DNA of 64,000 bases from an uncultured Gemmatimonadaceae bacterium (GCA_963829055.1 CAWHHI010000004.1:352001-416000), one strand, 5' to 3'; counted from the first letter of the stretch, positions 1 to 12,923 are shown. Numbers and translations: made by a program. The notes: generated from the sequence alone by a model not told the origin.

Positions 1-244
1 TGGGAATACGCCGGGATTGCGCGGACCGCCAAAGGGCTCAGAAAGTGCATTAGCAGGCTCGACGAAATCATGTCGCGACTTGCCGGAAGGCGCGACCGAG
101 GAAGCGAACATGGCCGACACGGCTCGACTCATCGTGGAAGCTGCCCTCATGCGAAAGGAATCGCGCGGCGGGCACTATCGCAGCGATTTTCCGCGGGCGA
201 AGCGCAAGTGGACGGGCGGCACATCGAGTGGTGAACAGCGCTAG
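1..244 (+). CDS. nadB: L-aspartate oxidase, C-terminal part (partial, frameshifted)
   Basis: WEYAGIARTAKGL...ARLIVEAALMRKESRGGHYRSDFP motif; lies directly upstream of nadA and nadC. Confidence 0.88.
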   Translation, partial: GNTPGLRGPPKGSESALAGSTKSCRDLPEGATEEANMADTARLIVEAALMRKESRGGHYRSDFPRAKRKWTGGTSSGEQR

Positions 245-281
245 AACCACGCGCTAGTTCAGCACTCGGCTAGATTACGAC

Positions 282-1312
282 ATGGCTCTCCCGGTCCAGA
301 CGCGTCCCGATCCCGCGGCTCGCACGAGCGGATTCGTGCAGCTCGCGAAGCGGACGGAACGCCGTCATCCTCGCGCACAACTACGAGCGACCCGAAGTGC
401 AGGACGTCGCCGATTTCGTCGGCGACTCACTCGGACTCAGCCGAGAAGCCGCGAAGACCGAGCGCCGACATCATCGTCTTCTGCGGCGTGCACTTCATGG
501 CCGAGACGGCGGCGATTCTCTCGCCGAACAAGAAGGTGCTGCTTCCCGATCTCGCCGCCGGTTGCTCGCTCGCGTCGACCATCGACGCCGATCAGCTCCG
601 CGCAGTGGAAGGCGGAGCACCCGGGTGCCGTCGTCGTCTCCTACGTGAACACGACGGCCGAGGTGAAAGCCGAGAGCGATTATTGCTGCACGTCCGGGAA
701 CGCCGTCGAGATCGTGAACTCGATTCCGGCCGACAAGGAGATCCTCTTCCTGCCCGACATGTTCCTCGGAGCGCACGTGCGTCGTGTGACTGGTCGCGAG
801 AACATCCACGTCTGGATGGGCGAGTGTCACGTGCACGCCGGCATCGATCCCGAGCACATCGCGTTGCAGCGCGCGCGCATCCCGGCGCGGAGATTTCTCA
901 TTCACCCGGAGTGCGGTTGCGCGACGAACGTCGTCGAGGCGGTGTCGGCCGGCGACATCGATCCCGACGGGCGTGCAGATCCTCTCGACCGAGGGGATGA
1001 TCCGGCGTCCGGCTGAATCGCCGGCCAGACGACGTTCATCGTCGCGACCGAAATCGGCATCCTTCACCGCTTGCGGAAGGCGAATCCAACGAAGACGTTC
1101 ATCGCGGCGAGCGACCGGGCACAGTGCGCCTACATGAAGGTGACGACGCTCCCCAAGGTGCTGCGGTCGCTCGAGCACTCTGGAGCATCACATCACCGTC
1201 CGAGGCGACGTCGCCGCGCGGGCGCGGCGGGCGATCGAGCGAATGGTGGCGATCGGCGGTCAGACGCCGCTCTCGCCAGCGTCCCGCATCCACGGAGGAC
1301 CCGGGTGAGTGA
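282..1312 (+). CDS. nadA: Quinolinate synthase (frameshifted in assembly)
   Basis: Fragments [62 protein letters not shown]. Confidence 0.95.
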
Positions 1313-1338
1313 ACTGGCCGGGCGCAGAGGAGCATGAG

Positions 1339-2285
1339 ATGACGACGCCAACCCCTAACCCGTCCTCGTCGGGTGATTCGTTCCGCGCCCCGCGGACGGT
1401 AACGCCGCTGTCGGTCCCGGCACTCAACTACGACCGGCTCCGGTTCCCGCTGACGCACGACCAGCTTTCATCGCTCGTGCGAGGAGCGCTCGAGGAGGAT
1501 CAGGCGTTCAACGACGTCACGACGATCGCCACTGTGCTCTCGTCGCGGCGCGCGCGTGCGTCGCTCGTCGCGCGTCAGGCAGGGTGTATCGCCGGCGTAT
1601 CGCTCGCGCTCGAGGCGTTCCGTCTGCTCGACCCGAAGATCTCGATGCGCGTCGACACCGAGGACGGCACGCGCGTGGAGAAGGGCGATACCGTCATCTA
1701 CATGACCGGCCACGCGCGCGCTCTGCTGTCGGCGGAGCGGACGGCGCTGAACTTCATGCAGCGCCTCTCGGGTATCGCGACGCTCACCGCGCAAGTTCGT
1801 GGATGCGGTGAAGGGCACGCAGGCGAGGATCCTCGACACGCGCAAGACGACGCCCGGGTGGCGCCGGCTCGAGAAGTACGCCGTGCGCGCCGGCGGTGGC
1901 GTGAACCACCGCCTCGACCTCGCGCGCGCGGTCCTGATCAAGGACAATCATCTCAAGGCCGTCGACGGCGATGTCGGCGTCGCCGTGCGTCGCGTTCGCG
2001 AGCTCGCGCCGCCGGGCGCGAAGATCGAAGTCGAGTGCGACTCGCTCGATCAGGTGCGCGCGGCCATCGAGGCCGGCGCCGACGAGGTGCTCGTGGACAA
2101 CATGCCGGTGGATACGATTCGCGAGGCGGTGACGATCGCGCGCGGACAAGGCGACGGTCGAGGCGTCAGGCGGCGTCACGCTCGACACCGTGCGCGCGAT
2201 CGCGGAGACGGGCGTCGACTACATCTCGGTCGGCGCGCTCACGCATTCGCCGCCGGCGATGAATCTCGCGCTCGACTTCGACTAG
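1339..2285 (+). CDS. nadC: Nicotinate-nucleotide diphosphorylase (carboxylating)
   Basis: [56 protein letters not shown]. Confidence 0.95.
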
Positions 2286-2291
2286 CGGCCG

Positions 2292-2994
2292 TCAGGTGGC
2301 TCCCGGAGTGGACTTGGCGGTCCACTCCATGCGCCACTGCTTCACGACCCATCCCGAGTCGGACCGCTCGACGCTGAAGGTGTACCCGCCCGAGCTGTAG
2401 CCGTCGTAGTTGTACCCTGCGGCCGCCTCGGCGCGGTCGCCGGCGGAGAGGTCGATCGCGCCGACGGTGTAGAGCAGCGCGCGTCCAGCGACGGAGCGAC
2501 CCGGCGCGTTAGGCGTGAAGGTACAGGTCGACGCCCGGCGCGCTGGCGTGCGTGGTGTCGGCGAGCCGACGCACCATCGCCTCCGACGGATCGGCGCGAT
2601 CCTGCGACGTCGACGCCTTCTTGAAGTCGTCGGTCGAGAGGCTCAGGCAGAACGCCGACGCGAGCGTCGAGAAGCCCGCGCGATCCTTCTCGAGCAGGTT
2701 GTGGAAGACGACCTCGCGAATGGAGTCGAGCACGGGCGACTGCGGGATGGTCGGCGCCGGACGACGCACGGGCGCCGGCGCGGCCGGCGGCGGCCTGGCG
2801 GTGCTGGCGCTGACGCCGCAGGTCGCGGCGCAGTAGTGTCGGCTGGCTTCGGGCGGCGTGAGGACCTTCGCCTTGACCTGCTGCGTGAGCGGCCGACGGA
2901 GAACGCGATCGCCAGAGCGCAAGGCGGATGGCGGACGGCTGACGGCGGATGCGGGAATGACAGCGAGCCAGCGGCTGAGCGAGTGATTGTTCAT
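2292..2994 (-). CDS. Hypothetical exported protein (frameshifted)
   Basis: ORF 2509..2994 continues in another frame as ...AGYNYDGYSSGGYTFSVERSDSGWVVKQWRMEW to TGA at 2292. Confidence 0.55.
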
Positions 2995-3187
2995 CGAACT
3001 ACCTGGAGAAGGGAAGCGTGCTCGGCCGCACGGGACCGAAGCACGCCGCGGGGACGGAGATTCTCCGCCCCCGCGGCTCTACGCAGGATGACCGTGCGGG
3101 TTGTCCGCCTTCAAGGTGTTCGGTCACATTCGGATTGAACCGCGGCTCACCACTAACGGAGCGCGAAACGGGTGAAGCGCCGCGGGC

Positions 3188-3397
3188 ATGCTCGAGACAT
3201 ACTTCGGGCCGTGTCCAGCTGATCGCAGCCGCTCATCCCAACGCCGTCGCCGGCTGAGGCCACGGCCCCGGCAGGATCACGGGCAAGGCTGCGGACGTCT
3301 GCGACATCTGCGGTCTCGGACCGCCTCGTCTGGCGCAACTGCAAGCTCACTGTGCACGAACTGTCGATCGATCGTCAAGAGTTGCGCTGACCTGTGA
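3188..3397 (+). CDS. Small Cys-rich zinc-finger-like protein
   Basis: Reconstructed across two indels as CDICG-SDRLVWRNCKL-CTNCRSIVKSCADL. Confidence 0.55.
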   Translation: MLETYFGPCPADRSRSSQRRRRLRPRPRQDHGQGCGRLRHLRSRTASSGATASSLCTNCRSIVKSCADL

Positions 3398-3454
3398 CCG
3401 ACCCGACGTCGACGACTCGACAGTGCCAGTCGACGGCCACGCCATCATCGCCGC

Positions 3455-4311
3455 ATGGACTATCGCGAGCTGACCCCGGCTCCGGCGCTGCGGCCGATAC
3501 ATCCGGTGCTATTGGACCCTCCGCGCGCCGACGCGCCCGAGGCGTCGAGCCGCGCAGCGGGTTCTGCCGGACGGCTGCGTCGAGATCATCATCAACCTCG
3601 GCGCACGCAGTTCCTCCGCCACGACGCGGCCGGGCCGGACCGAGCGGCAGCCGCGCGACCCTGGTGGTCGGGCCGACGACGCGACACATGTCGATCGCGC
3701 CCACCGGCGTCGATTCGACTCGTCGGCATTCGCTTCGCCCCGGGTGGTGCGGTGCCGTTTCTGTCCGTCTCGCCGCTGGAGGTTCGCGATGCCGCGCCTG
3801 CGCTCGACGGACGTCGGCTTCGCCCTTCGAGCCGGCACTCGCCGAGCGTCTCGCGGCCGCGCTCGCCCGGCACCGAGGCCTCGATTCTCGACACCGCGTT
3901 CGCGCCGACGGCTGGACCGCGCGCGGCGGCTCACCGACCGGCGGGTCTGGCGTCCGTGCGCGCAGCGTTTGCCGCGACATCACCGCTCTCGCGTCGACGC
4001 GCTCACGTGCGCTCACCGGCTCGGCGCACGGCAGCTCGAGCGGCAGTTCCGCGACAACGTCGGATTCGGCCCAAAGACGCTCTGCCGGCTCGCGCGCTTC
4101 CAGCGCGTCGTGCGCGCCATCGAGCCGTCGAACCGGACCGTCTCGTGGGCGCGGCTCGCGGCGCAGCATGGGTACGCGGATCAGTCCCACCTCGCCCGGG
4201 AGTTCCGCGAGTTCGCCGGCACGACCCTCACGGACTACGTGCGCGAGCTTCATCCAATGTCCGATCACTTTCACACCGGCACCGCTCGGCGACGACCTGG
4301 CCGCCGGCTGA
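3455..4311 (+). CDS. AraC-family regulator (DUF6597-type N-terminus)
   Basis: MDYRELTPAPALRP, VLPDGCVEII, GIRFAPGG, RQLERQFRDNVGFGPK, GYADQSHLAREFREFAG. Confidence 0.88.
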
Positions 4312-4453
4312 CGGTCCGCGGCGATGTCGGATTCATCCAAGACGACGCGCGTCGTCGGTAAGCTGTCTCGAGCCTGCCTCGGACGCGTGATCGTTCCCAC
4401 CGACCGTCGGGCCACGGCAAGCCGATTCACGTCGACTTCACGAGAGTGTACGC

Positions 4454-4940
4454 ATGCGTCATTCGATTCCGCTTATGGCCGTCTCGCGACGGGCGCCGCG
4501 ATCGGTGTTCACTCTGGGCCCGCAGCTGCACCGGCGCCACCGCTGTCCGCCATCGCGTTCATGACCGGCTGCTGGACCGGACCATCGCCGAACGGTGCGA
4601 CGATCGAGGAGCACTACAGCGAGCCGTCCGAGAACCTGCTGATCGGCATGACGCCGCTACGTGCGGACCGGGCGCGTGGTCGACTTCGAGTTCACGACCG
4701 TCGAGCGGACCGACTCGTCGTTCGTCATGACGCCACGGCCGAAGGGCGTGAAGTCCGACTGCTTCCCGCTCAAGGAAGTCTCCGACGGTCGCGCGACGTG
4801 GGAGAACCTGAAGCACGATTTCCCGCAGCGCATCATTTATCGGCGCGGGCACCGACGGCTCGCTCATCGCGCGCATCGAGGGAACGACGCCGAGCGGGGA
4901 GCGTCACATGGAATGGACCATGCACCGCTGCGCACGTTAG
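4454..4940 (+). CDS. DUF6265-like exported protein
   Basis: AFMTGCWTG...IEEHYS...WENLKHDFPQRIIYRR; frameshifted. Confidence 0.7.
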
Positions 4941-4966
4941 GCGGGATCGGCGCGCACCTACCGTGA

Positions 4967-5009
4967 TGTGGCGAGAGGCCGGCGTATCGAACGCCGGCCT
5001 CTCGCCACA
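4967..5009. terminator. Hairpin between convergent genes, probable bidirectional terminator
   Basis: 19-bp perfect inverted repeat TGTGGCGAGAGGCCGGCGT / ACGCCGGCCTCTCGCCACA. Confidence 0.65.
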
Positions 5010-5064
5010 CGTGGCACATCACGTCTTCCTGGTGTTGCGTCACGCTGACCCGCGTTAGGCTCGA

Positions 5065-6000
5065 TCAGGGTGCAACGGTGATGACCGCGGACGCGGGCTT
5101 CCCATCCGCGGTCACGGTGGCGACGGGCTTGTTCGAGCTAACGCCACGCCCGTCTCGAGCCCGGTCGACGAGACCGTGGCGATCGACGCGTTCGATGTCG
5201 ACCAGCTGACCGTGCGCCCAGTCAGAGGGTTGCCGCTTGCATCTTTCAGCGTGGCGGCTAGTTGGAGCGTGAGTCCCTGCGAGACTGGCTGGGATCCCGC
5301 TGGCGTGATGGCGACATTGGGCGCGGGCGCCGGCACGATGTCGATCGTCGCCGTGCCGCTGACCTGGTCCTGCACGGCTTGCGCGGTGATGATTGCGCGG
5401 CCTAACGAGGCGCCGACGACGACGCCGGCGCCGTTCACTGTCGCGATCCCAGGGTTCGAGGTCGAGAACGCAATCAATCGACCCGAGAGCGCCAATCCAT
5501 CTTTGTCGCTCACCACGACGGTGAGCGGGACTGGTGTACCGATCGGCACGGACGTCGACGACGGGGACAGAACGACGGAATTCACGAGCGGCTGGACGTT
5601 CATGGTCGCGTGCGCCGTTGCCCCATTCACCTGAGCAACGATGACCGTCGCGCCTATCGCGACGCCCGTCACCGTGCCGTTCGCATCGACGGCGGCGACG
5701 TTCGGATTCAGGCTCGACCACGCGACTGTACGGTCCGTCACCCTGTTGCCGGACGCGTCTCGCAATTCGATCGTATACCTGTACGTCCTGCCGAGACGAA
5801 CGGAGTCGATGGCCGCCATCCCTGACGATCGCCGTCACTTTATTTTGGGTCGATGCCGCCCCCTCCTTACAGCCAACGAGCCCGACCGCGATTGCTGCGA
5901 GGGGCAGAACAGCACGACCAAGGAGGGTCGTAGTACGGATGCGTTCCAAGCCGTCGACTGCGCGAGGCAGACCGACGCGCGACATGCGCAAAACGTGCAT
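5065..6000 (-). CDS. Lipoprotein with tandem bacterial Ig-like (Big_2) domains
   Basis: GAGGAG RBS, lipobox LVGC, three repeats of the type WSSLNPNVAAVDANGTVTGV / FSTSNPGIATVNGAGVV / WSTSNASIATVSSTG. Confidence 0.8.
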   Translation of the reverse strand: MHVLRMSRVGLPRAVDGLERIRTTTLLGRAVLPLAAIAVGLVGCKEGAASTQNKVTAIVRDGGHRLRSSRQDVQVYDRIARRVRQQGDGPYSRVVEPESERRRRRCERHGDGRRDRRDGHRCSGEWGNGARDHERPAAREFRRSVPVVDVRADRYTSPAHRRGERQRWIGALGSIDCVLDLEPWDRDSERRRRRRRRLVRPRNHHRASRAGPGQRHGDDRHRAGARAQCRHHASGIPASLAGTHAPTSRHAERCKRQPSDWAHGQLVDIERVDRHGLVDRARDGRGVSSNKPVATVTADGKPASAVITVAP

Positions 6001-6240
6001 TGATGCTCCTCTGCGAGGACGACGAATGTGCCGCGCATCGAGCTCAGCCGCGCGACACGATACGACCTTGGCGCCGCCTGGAAGAGTCCGGAAAGCGGAC
6101 CTCCGTGGCGGACCCGACACAGACGTATCGACGGCGCAACGAGAACGTCGGCAACATCACCGTGGCGCTGCCGAACTGAGCAATAAGCGTTCCCAATGGT
6201 CGTGTACGCTTGGGCGAAAAACCGCGCCCAGCGCCGGGCG

Positions 6241-8328
6241 TCAGGCGCCTACGCCGAGTGGCGACCGTGACGCGCGCTCGAGTTGCGACGGAAGCGCCGC
6301 TGGATCGCTCGTCGGCTCCTCGCACAGGTACTGACGGCACACGTACGCCGTTGCCTGATCGTCTCGCGGCGGCTTGTCCGCGAGCAACGCGATACGCACC
6401 GCCGCCGTCTGCTGCTGGCGCGGCCCCGCCGGCGATGACGAGCGACGGGACGTAGTGCGCTGCCGACGGCGTCGGCGAGCGCGCGGAAATCGTCCGCGGC
6501 AGGGATCACCGGCGAGCGCGACTTCGACCGCGCCGTGCACGGCCATGTCGGCGGCGCCGAGCATGTGCCCGAACGCCGGCGCATAACGAGCGAGCGGCTC
6601 GCTCAGCGACTCGAGCACGCGCATCGCGCGCTCGCCGCCGCGCGTCATCGCCGAGGAGCTCGGCCAGGCGGAGCAGCAGGTCGACCGCGAGCGACGTCCC
6701 GGCAGGGACGGCGTTGTCCGTGATGTCGCGCGGCCGCGTGAGCAGCGTCTCGTGGTCACTGGCGGTATCGAAGTACGCGCCAACGCTCTCGTCCCAGAAC
6801 CATCGTCGACCGCGTCAGCGATGGTGCGCGCGGCGTCGAGCCACCGACGGTCGAACGTCAGCCCGTAGACGTCGAGGAATCCGAGCGCGACGGCGGCGTG
6901 GTCCTCGAGGTAGCCGGCGATCCGCGTCACGCCGGCGGTGTGCGATCGCATGACGCGACCGTCGCGGACCATTTCCCGCAGCAGGAACTCGGCATTCCGC
7001 ACCGCGAGCGCGCGGTAGTCGTCGCGACCGAACGCGCGCGCCGCTTCCGCGATCGCCGCGAAGCATGAGGCCGTTCCACGCGGCGAGGACTTTCTCGTCG
7101 CGACCAGGCCGCTCGCGCCGCGCGCGTCGTGCCAGCAGTGCCGCGCGCGCATTGGCCACGGCCTCGGCCACGTCAGCCACCGGCACGCCGGCGCGCGCCG
7201 CGACCACGCCGCATCTCGTGCGGCGCGTGCAGAATGTACTTTCCTTCGAAGTTCGGTTCCTGCGCGACGCCCCAGTACGCGGTCGCGAGCGACCCGTCCT
7301 CGCCTAACGCGCGCTCGAGCTCGTCGCGCGTCCAGACGTAGAACGTTCCCTCGTGGCCCTCGCTGTCCGCGTCGAGCGAGGAGTAGAAGCCACCGGCTGG
7401 CGACGTCATCTCGCGCGCGACCCAGTCGATCGTCTCCTCGGTCACGCGACGTACTTCGTCGTCGTGCGTCGCCTGCCAGAGGTGCACGCCCAGCCGCGAC
7501 AGCAGCGCGTTGTCGTACAGCATCTTTTCGAAGTGCGGCACGAGCCAGATGGCGTCCACCGCATAACGATGGAAGCCGCCGCCGAGCTGATCGTAGATGC
7601 CGCCGCGCGCCATCTTGCGGAACGACGTCGTCGACCATCTCGAGCGCGTAGTCGGTGCCGGTGCGGCGCCAGTAGCGCAGCAGGAAGTCCAGCGTCATCG
7701 CCTGCGGAAACTTCGGCGCGCCATCGAAGCCGCCGTTCCGGGCGTCGTAGCGCTGCGCGATCGTCGCGATACGCGCGCTCGAGCGTCGTCGCCGTGAGCT
7801 GCGCCGGTGGAGCGGGTCGGCAGCGCTCGTGCTCGCGTAGAGCTCGCGCATGCTTCGCCGCGGTTTCGTCGACACTGCTCGCGCCGAGTCCGATACGCGT
7901 CCGCGACGGCCTGCAGCACGCGCCGGAACGACGGCATGCCGTGCCGGTCGTCCGGCGGGAAGTACGTGCCGGTGTAGAACGGCACGCGTGTCGGGCGTGA
8001 GGAACACTGTCATCGGCCAGCCGCCATGACCGGTCATCGCCTGCGTCGCCTGCATGTAGATGCTGTCGAGGTCCGGACGCTCCTCGCGGTCGACCTTGAT
8101 GTTCACGAACAGCTCGTTCATGAGCCGCGCGGTCTCCTCGTCCTCGAACGACTCGTGCGCCATGACGTGGCACCAGTGACACGCCGCGTAGCCGATGCTG
8201 AGGAGGATCGGCTTGTCTTCCCGCCGCGCCCGCTCGAGCGCCTCCTCACCCCACGGATACCAATCCACCGGGTTCTCGGCGTGCTGCGCGAGGTAGGGGC
8301 TCGTTTCGTTCGCGAGGCGGTTGGGCAT
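6241..8328 (-). CDS. YyaL/SPATA20-like thioredoxin-domain protein (DUF255)
   Basis: [61 protein letters not shown]. Confidence 0.93.
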   Translation of the reverse strand: MPNRLANETSPYLAQHAENPVDWYPWGEEALERARREDKPILLSIGYAACHWCHVMAHESFEDEETARLMNELFVNIKVDREERPDLDSIYMQATQAMTGHGGWPMTVFLTPDTRAVLHRHVLPAGRPARHAVVPARAAGRRGRVSDSARAVSTKPRRSMRELYASTSAADPLHRRSSRRRRSSARIATIAQRYDARNGGFDGAPKFPQAMTLDFLLRYWRRTGTDYALEMVDDVVPQDGARRHLRSARRRLPSLCGGRHLARAALRKDAVRQRAAVAAGRAPLAGDARRRSTSRDRGDDRLGRARDDVASRWLLLLARRGQRGPRGNVLRLDARRARARVRRGRVARDRVLGRRAGTELRRKVHSARAARDAAWSRRAPACRWLTWPRPWPMRARHCWHDARGASGLVATRKSSPRGTASCFAAIAEAARAFGRDDYRALAVRNAEFLLREMVRDGRVMRSHTAGVTRIAGYLEDHAAVALGFLDVYGLTFDRRWLDAARTIADAVDDGSGTRALARTSIPPVTTRRCSRGRATSRTTPSLPGRRSRSTCCSAWPSSSAMTRGGERAMRVLESLSEPLARYAPAFGHMLGAADMAVHGAVEVALAGDPCRGRFPRARRRRRQRTTSRRSSSPAGPRQQQTAAVRIALLADKPPRDDQATAYVCRQYLCEEPTSDPAALPSQLERASRSPLGVGA

Positions 8329-8335
8329 GAAGCCG

Positions 8336-8478
8336 GAGGGAGGAAGGAGGCCGGAGGACGGAGGACGGCGGAGGGCGAACGGCAGACTGGTCAAGCCGTC
8401 TCGAGCAGGAAACGTACTTCGCGCACGTCACGCCGCCGTTGGCGCATCGGCCTCCTCCGGACGCCTCCGTCCTCCGGC
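8336..8478. repeat. Heptamer-type GGAGGA(C/A) tandem tract with 15-bp inverted repeat
   Basis: GCCGGAGGACGGAGG at 8350-8364 and its reverse complement at 8464-8478. Confidence 0.6.
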
Positions 8479-9814
8479 TCAGCCAACGGCCTCATCGATG
8501 ATGACCCGGCGCATCGTGCGGCCGAGCCTAACGCGGACGCGCGCGAGCAGGATGAGCGCGACGGCGGCGAGCCCGACGACGATGCCCCACCAGAGGCCAA
8601 CGGCGCCGCCGCCGTAGCGGAACGTGAGTACCCAGCTCACCGGCAAACCGATCAGCCAGAAGCCCACGACGTTGATGATCGCTGGCGCATGCGTATCGCC
8701 GATGCCGCGGAGCACGCCGGCTGCCACGGCCTGCAGGCCGTCGAACACCTGGAACACGCCGGCGATCGGAATCAGCGTGGCGGCGAGCGCAATGACCGTC
8801 GGCGTCACCCGTGTACGACGCGCGCGAGTGCGGCGGGGAAGAGCCGGAACGCGAGCGCGCTCACGCACATGAACGACGTGCCGATGAAGATGCCGGCGAT
8901 GGCCGATCGTCGGGCCGCGCCTCGTCACCCGCGCCGATCGCCTGACCGACGAGCACCGCCGTCGCGGTCGAGACGCCGAGCGGCACCATGAACGTGAACG
9001 ACGCGAGGTTGATGGCGATCTGGTGCGCCGCCATCTGACGTCGTGCCGAGCACACCCATGAGGAGCGCGGCGGCGGCGAACGCGCCGTATTCGAGCAGGT
9101 ACTGCAGCCCGATCGGAAGTCCGAGGCGCAGCATCCGAATCGAGCGGGCCGATCGCGGCAGTCTCTGGTCGCCACGGCGTCAGGTCGGTGCTAGAGCTCT
9201 CGCCCGGAAATCGCGAGCAGCAGCAGCGCCATCACCCAGCGGCTGATGCTCGTGGCGAGCGATGAACCGCCGACGCCCAGCGCCGGCGAGCCGAGGTTGC
9301 CGTAGATGAACACCCAGTTCAGTCCGGCGTTGAGCAGGTTCGCGACGCAGCACGGTCCACAGGACCGGCGCCACGCGGCCCATCGCCTGCAGCGATTGTC
9401 GGAACACGATGAACGCGTAGAACGGAAACACGCCGGGAATCGCAATGCGCACGTAGCGTCGCCGCGTCGGGGATGACTTCCGGCGGCTGCCCGAGCAGCG
9501 TCAGAGCACCCACGTGACGGGCACGAACGTCGCGCACGTGACGACGGTCAGCGCGAGCGCAGAGCACGAGCCCGCGTTGGAGCGCGCGCGAGATCGCCTC
9601 CTCGTCGCGCGCTCCGACGCTCTGCGAGATGACCGGGTCGAGGGCCATGAGCGTGCCCTGTCCGAAGATGCCGGCGATGAAGAAGTAGAGGTTGCCGAGC
9701 GCCGCGGCTGCGAGCGCCGACGGGCGATACGTGACCGACCATGATGGTGTCGATGACACCCATCGCCATGATCCCGAGCTGCACGGCGGCGACGGGCAGC
9801 GCGAGCCGAAGCAT
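8479..9814 (-). CDS. MATE family efflux transporter (frameshifted)
   Basis: LALPV...[58 protein letters not shown]. Confidence 0.92.
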
Positions 9815-10044
9815 GGCGCGGAGGTCGGAGGACGAGGGGCGAAGCACGATGACGCGTTGAGGGTGCGTGCGGAAACTAACGTATCTGCCTCGCCGCTCTG
9901 TCATGCGCATCGCGCATACGCATCGCGCCTCCCGGCTCGCGCCACTTCCAGAGGAAGCCGATGGGCTCTCATCTTCAGTGAATCGGTCGATTCCCTCCGC
10001 CCGGCTTCGCCGGGCCCCCGCTCTATTCCCGATTCCCTACGTCA

Positions 10045-11426
10045 ATGACGTCAGACCTCGATCGCTATCTCACTGAGCACGACGCCGCATCCACGATGAG
10101 CTGTTCGATCTCCTGCGCATCCCGAGCGTGAGCGCGCGCTCCGAGCATGCGGCCGACGTGCGGCGGGCGGCCGAGTGGGTGCGGGACTCGCTCGCGCGCA
10201 TCGGCTTCGACGCGTCGCTCCACGAGACGCCCGGTCACCCGATCGTCCTGGCGGAATGGCGAAAGGCTCCCGGCGCGCCGACGATCCTCGTCTACGGGCA
10301 CTACGACGTGCAGCCGGCCGAGCCGCTCGACCTGTGGGAGTCACCGCCGTTCGAGCCGACGATTCGCGATGGGCGCATCTACGCGCGCGGGTCGGTGGAT
10401 GACAAAGGACAGCTCTTTCTCCACGTGAAGGCGCTCGAGGCGCACCTGGCCGTTCGCGGCAAGCTGCCCGTGAACGTGATCGTGCTCGCGGAAGGGGAAG
10501 AGGAAGTCGGCAGCGAGAACCTCGAGCGACTTCATCGCCGCGAACGCGAAGCGCCTCGCCGCGGACGCGGTCGTGATCTCGGACTCGTCGATGTTCGCGC
10601 CGGGCCAGCCGTCGATTCTGTCGTCGCTGCGCGGGCTCGCGTACTTCGAGATCAACGTGACCGGTCCGACCGTCGATCTGCACTCGGGGAGCTACGGCGG
10701 CGCCGTCGTGAATCCGGCGACGGCACTGGCGCGCATCATCGCGACGTTCCACGACGAGAACGGCCACATTGCGATTCCCGGGCTTCTACGATGCGGTGCG
10801 CGATTGGGGCGACGACGCACGCGCCGCCATTCGGAAGCTGTCCGTTCGACGAGCACGGGTTTCCAGCACGAGACGGGCGCGCCGGCGTTAGGCGGCGAGA
10901 ACGGGTACTCGACGCTCGAGCGGATCTGGACTCGGCCCACGTGCGAGGTGAACGGTCTGCTCAGTGGCTATACGGGCGAGGGCGCGAAGACGGTGCTGCC
11001 GTCGAAGGCGATGGCGAAGGTGAGCTGCCGTCTGGTGCCGGATCAGAAGCCGGACGGAGATCGGACGCCTGATGGAGGCGCACGTGCGCCGCGTCGCGCC
11101 GAAGGGCGTGACGGTGACGGTGGAGCACCTGCACGGTGGACGTCCGTGGCGCGCGGAGCTGAATGGCCCGGTGTTCGACGCCGCGCGTCGCGCGCTGGCG
11201 GCCGCGTTCGGGCGCGAGCCGGTGATCGTGGGCGAGGGCGGATCGATCCCGGTGGTCGGCGACTTCCAGCGCATCCTCGGCACCCCGGTGCTGCTCATGG
11301 GCTTCGGGCTGCCCGGGCGAGAACGCGCACGCGCCTAACGAATGGATGAGCGACGAGAACTTCGTGAACGGCGCGAAGGCGGTCGCGGCGTTCTGGGACG
11401 AGCTCTCGACGAGCTCGCGGAGCTGA
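10045..11426 (+). CDS. M20 family dipeptidase
   Basis: [47 protein letters not shown]. Confidence 0.92.
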
Positions 11427-11661
11427 CGACCACCAACTGACCAGCTGGCACCGGTTGCGGGCGTCCGCGGCGTGACACAGACAGTGTCCAAGGCGTAGGA
11501 CAGCCGACCGCAGCGCCCGCTTTCGGCTTGACGCGTGTATCCTGCTGTATACCAATAGGCTTACAGCGTTCCTCCGCTCTCGGCGCCGCACGGCACCGGT
11601 CCTGCTTTACAGGGTGACGTATTCCCTAACGTCTACAGTCCGCAGAGAGAAGGGAGGATAG

Positions 11662-12290
11662 ATGAAACGCTTCGTACTTCGCACCTCGATGTTGGCGCTC
11701 GCCGCCATCGTCGTCCGCGATTCCGCTGGCCGCGCAGCAGGCCAAGCCGACAGTGTTCGACGTATCCCGTACGCCGGCTACATGATGTTCGGCAAGCTGT
11801 TCGAAGGGCCCGATCGGCACGAGCGTGTCGGCCGGTAGCGGCCCGGTGTACGGTGCCCAGATGAGCCTAACGATGGCGAAGAACGTCGCCCTCTACGGCA
11901 ACGTGGGCTACTCGAGCTCCGACCTGAAGATCGGGCTCCCGATCATCGGTGGACTCGACGTCGGGCTCGAGCAAGGCGCTCCTGTACGACGGTGGCGTCG
12001 AGCTCAAGATCCCCATGCAGGCCGCATCAATGGTGACGCCGTTCGTGCAGGGTGGTGTCGGCGCGATTCGCTACGAGGTCTAGTCCGGTTTCCTGAACAC
12101 GAACGCCACGAACGTCGCGTACAACTTCGGCGGTGGCGTCGACGTGCAGCTCAGCCCGAACTTCGGCGTCCGGCTCATGGCGAAGGATTACCTCGGCAAG
12201 TTCGACTTCAAGGAAGCCACGTCGTTCGACCTGAACGGCAAGACCACGAACAACGTCGCGCTGACCCTCGGCGTGAACTTCGGGTTCTAG
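11662..12290 (+). CDS. Outer-membrane beta-barrel protein
   Basis: GGAGG RBS, signal peptide, alternating beta strands (PFVQGGVG, YNFGGGVD), C-terminal Phe (GVNFGF). Confidence 0.75.
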
Positions 12291-12426
12291 CCGTCTGATC
12301 GAGGTGACGCGCGCCGACCGGGCACGGGTTAGGCAGGATGACCAGGATCGGTGCGGCCCGCGACCGAACAGGTTGCGGGCCGCACGCACGAAGCACCAAC
12401 ATCCGCTGGAATCCTCGAGGCACGAC

Positions 12427-12871
12427 ATGCGTCACTTGAGTACCGCTGGTACCGCTTTGCTCGTCGCCGCGATCGCCGCCTGTTCGAGCAACACCACGGC
12501 CGACGTGAGTGCGCCGGCGCAGACGAACAGCCACGACGCACGCAGCAGGAGGTCGGGCAAGGCGTTCACGATGAAGATCGGTGAATCGATCGTCAGTGGG
12601 TGAACTTGCGCCTCACGTTCAGGAGCGTCGAGGGTGATTCGCGCTGCCCCATCGACGCCGTCTGCGTCTGGGCTGGCGACGCCGAGATCGCGCTCAAGAT
12701 CGAGCAGGCGAATCAGGGCCGCGGTCGCGGCGCTGCACACGACGCTCGAGCCGAAGAAGACCGAGTGGAACGGGTACACGATCAGCCTCGTGAGTCTCAC
12801 GCCGTGCGGCGCAAGCCGCGCGACGCGGTGAATCCGCGGACTATCGCGCGGAAGTGGTCGTGACGCGCTAG
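12427..12871 (+). CDS. Hypothetical lipoprotein
   Basis: Lipobox IAAC; DSRCPIDAVCVWAG motif; frameshifted. Confidence 0.7.
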
Positions 12872-12895
12872 TCGCCATCTCGACTGAGTCTCGCG

Positions 12896-12923
12896 GAGGG
12901 CCGCCCTGACAGGCGGCCCTTTG
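12896..12923 (+). terminator. Probable rho-independent terminator
   Basis: AGGGCCGCC...GGCGGCCCT stem followed by TTGT. Confidence 0.5.

Noticed and set aside
6001..6240. Riboswitch in the leader of the Ig-like lipoprotein gene
   Set aside because: Only short hairpins are present, and I could not match any known aptamer consensus by eye; an Rfam scan would settle it.
11528..11556. Sigma70 promoter upstream of the beta-barrel gene
   Set aside because: TTGACG is a good -35, but there is no convincing -10 at 16-18 bp spacing.
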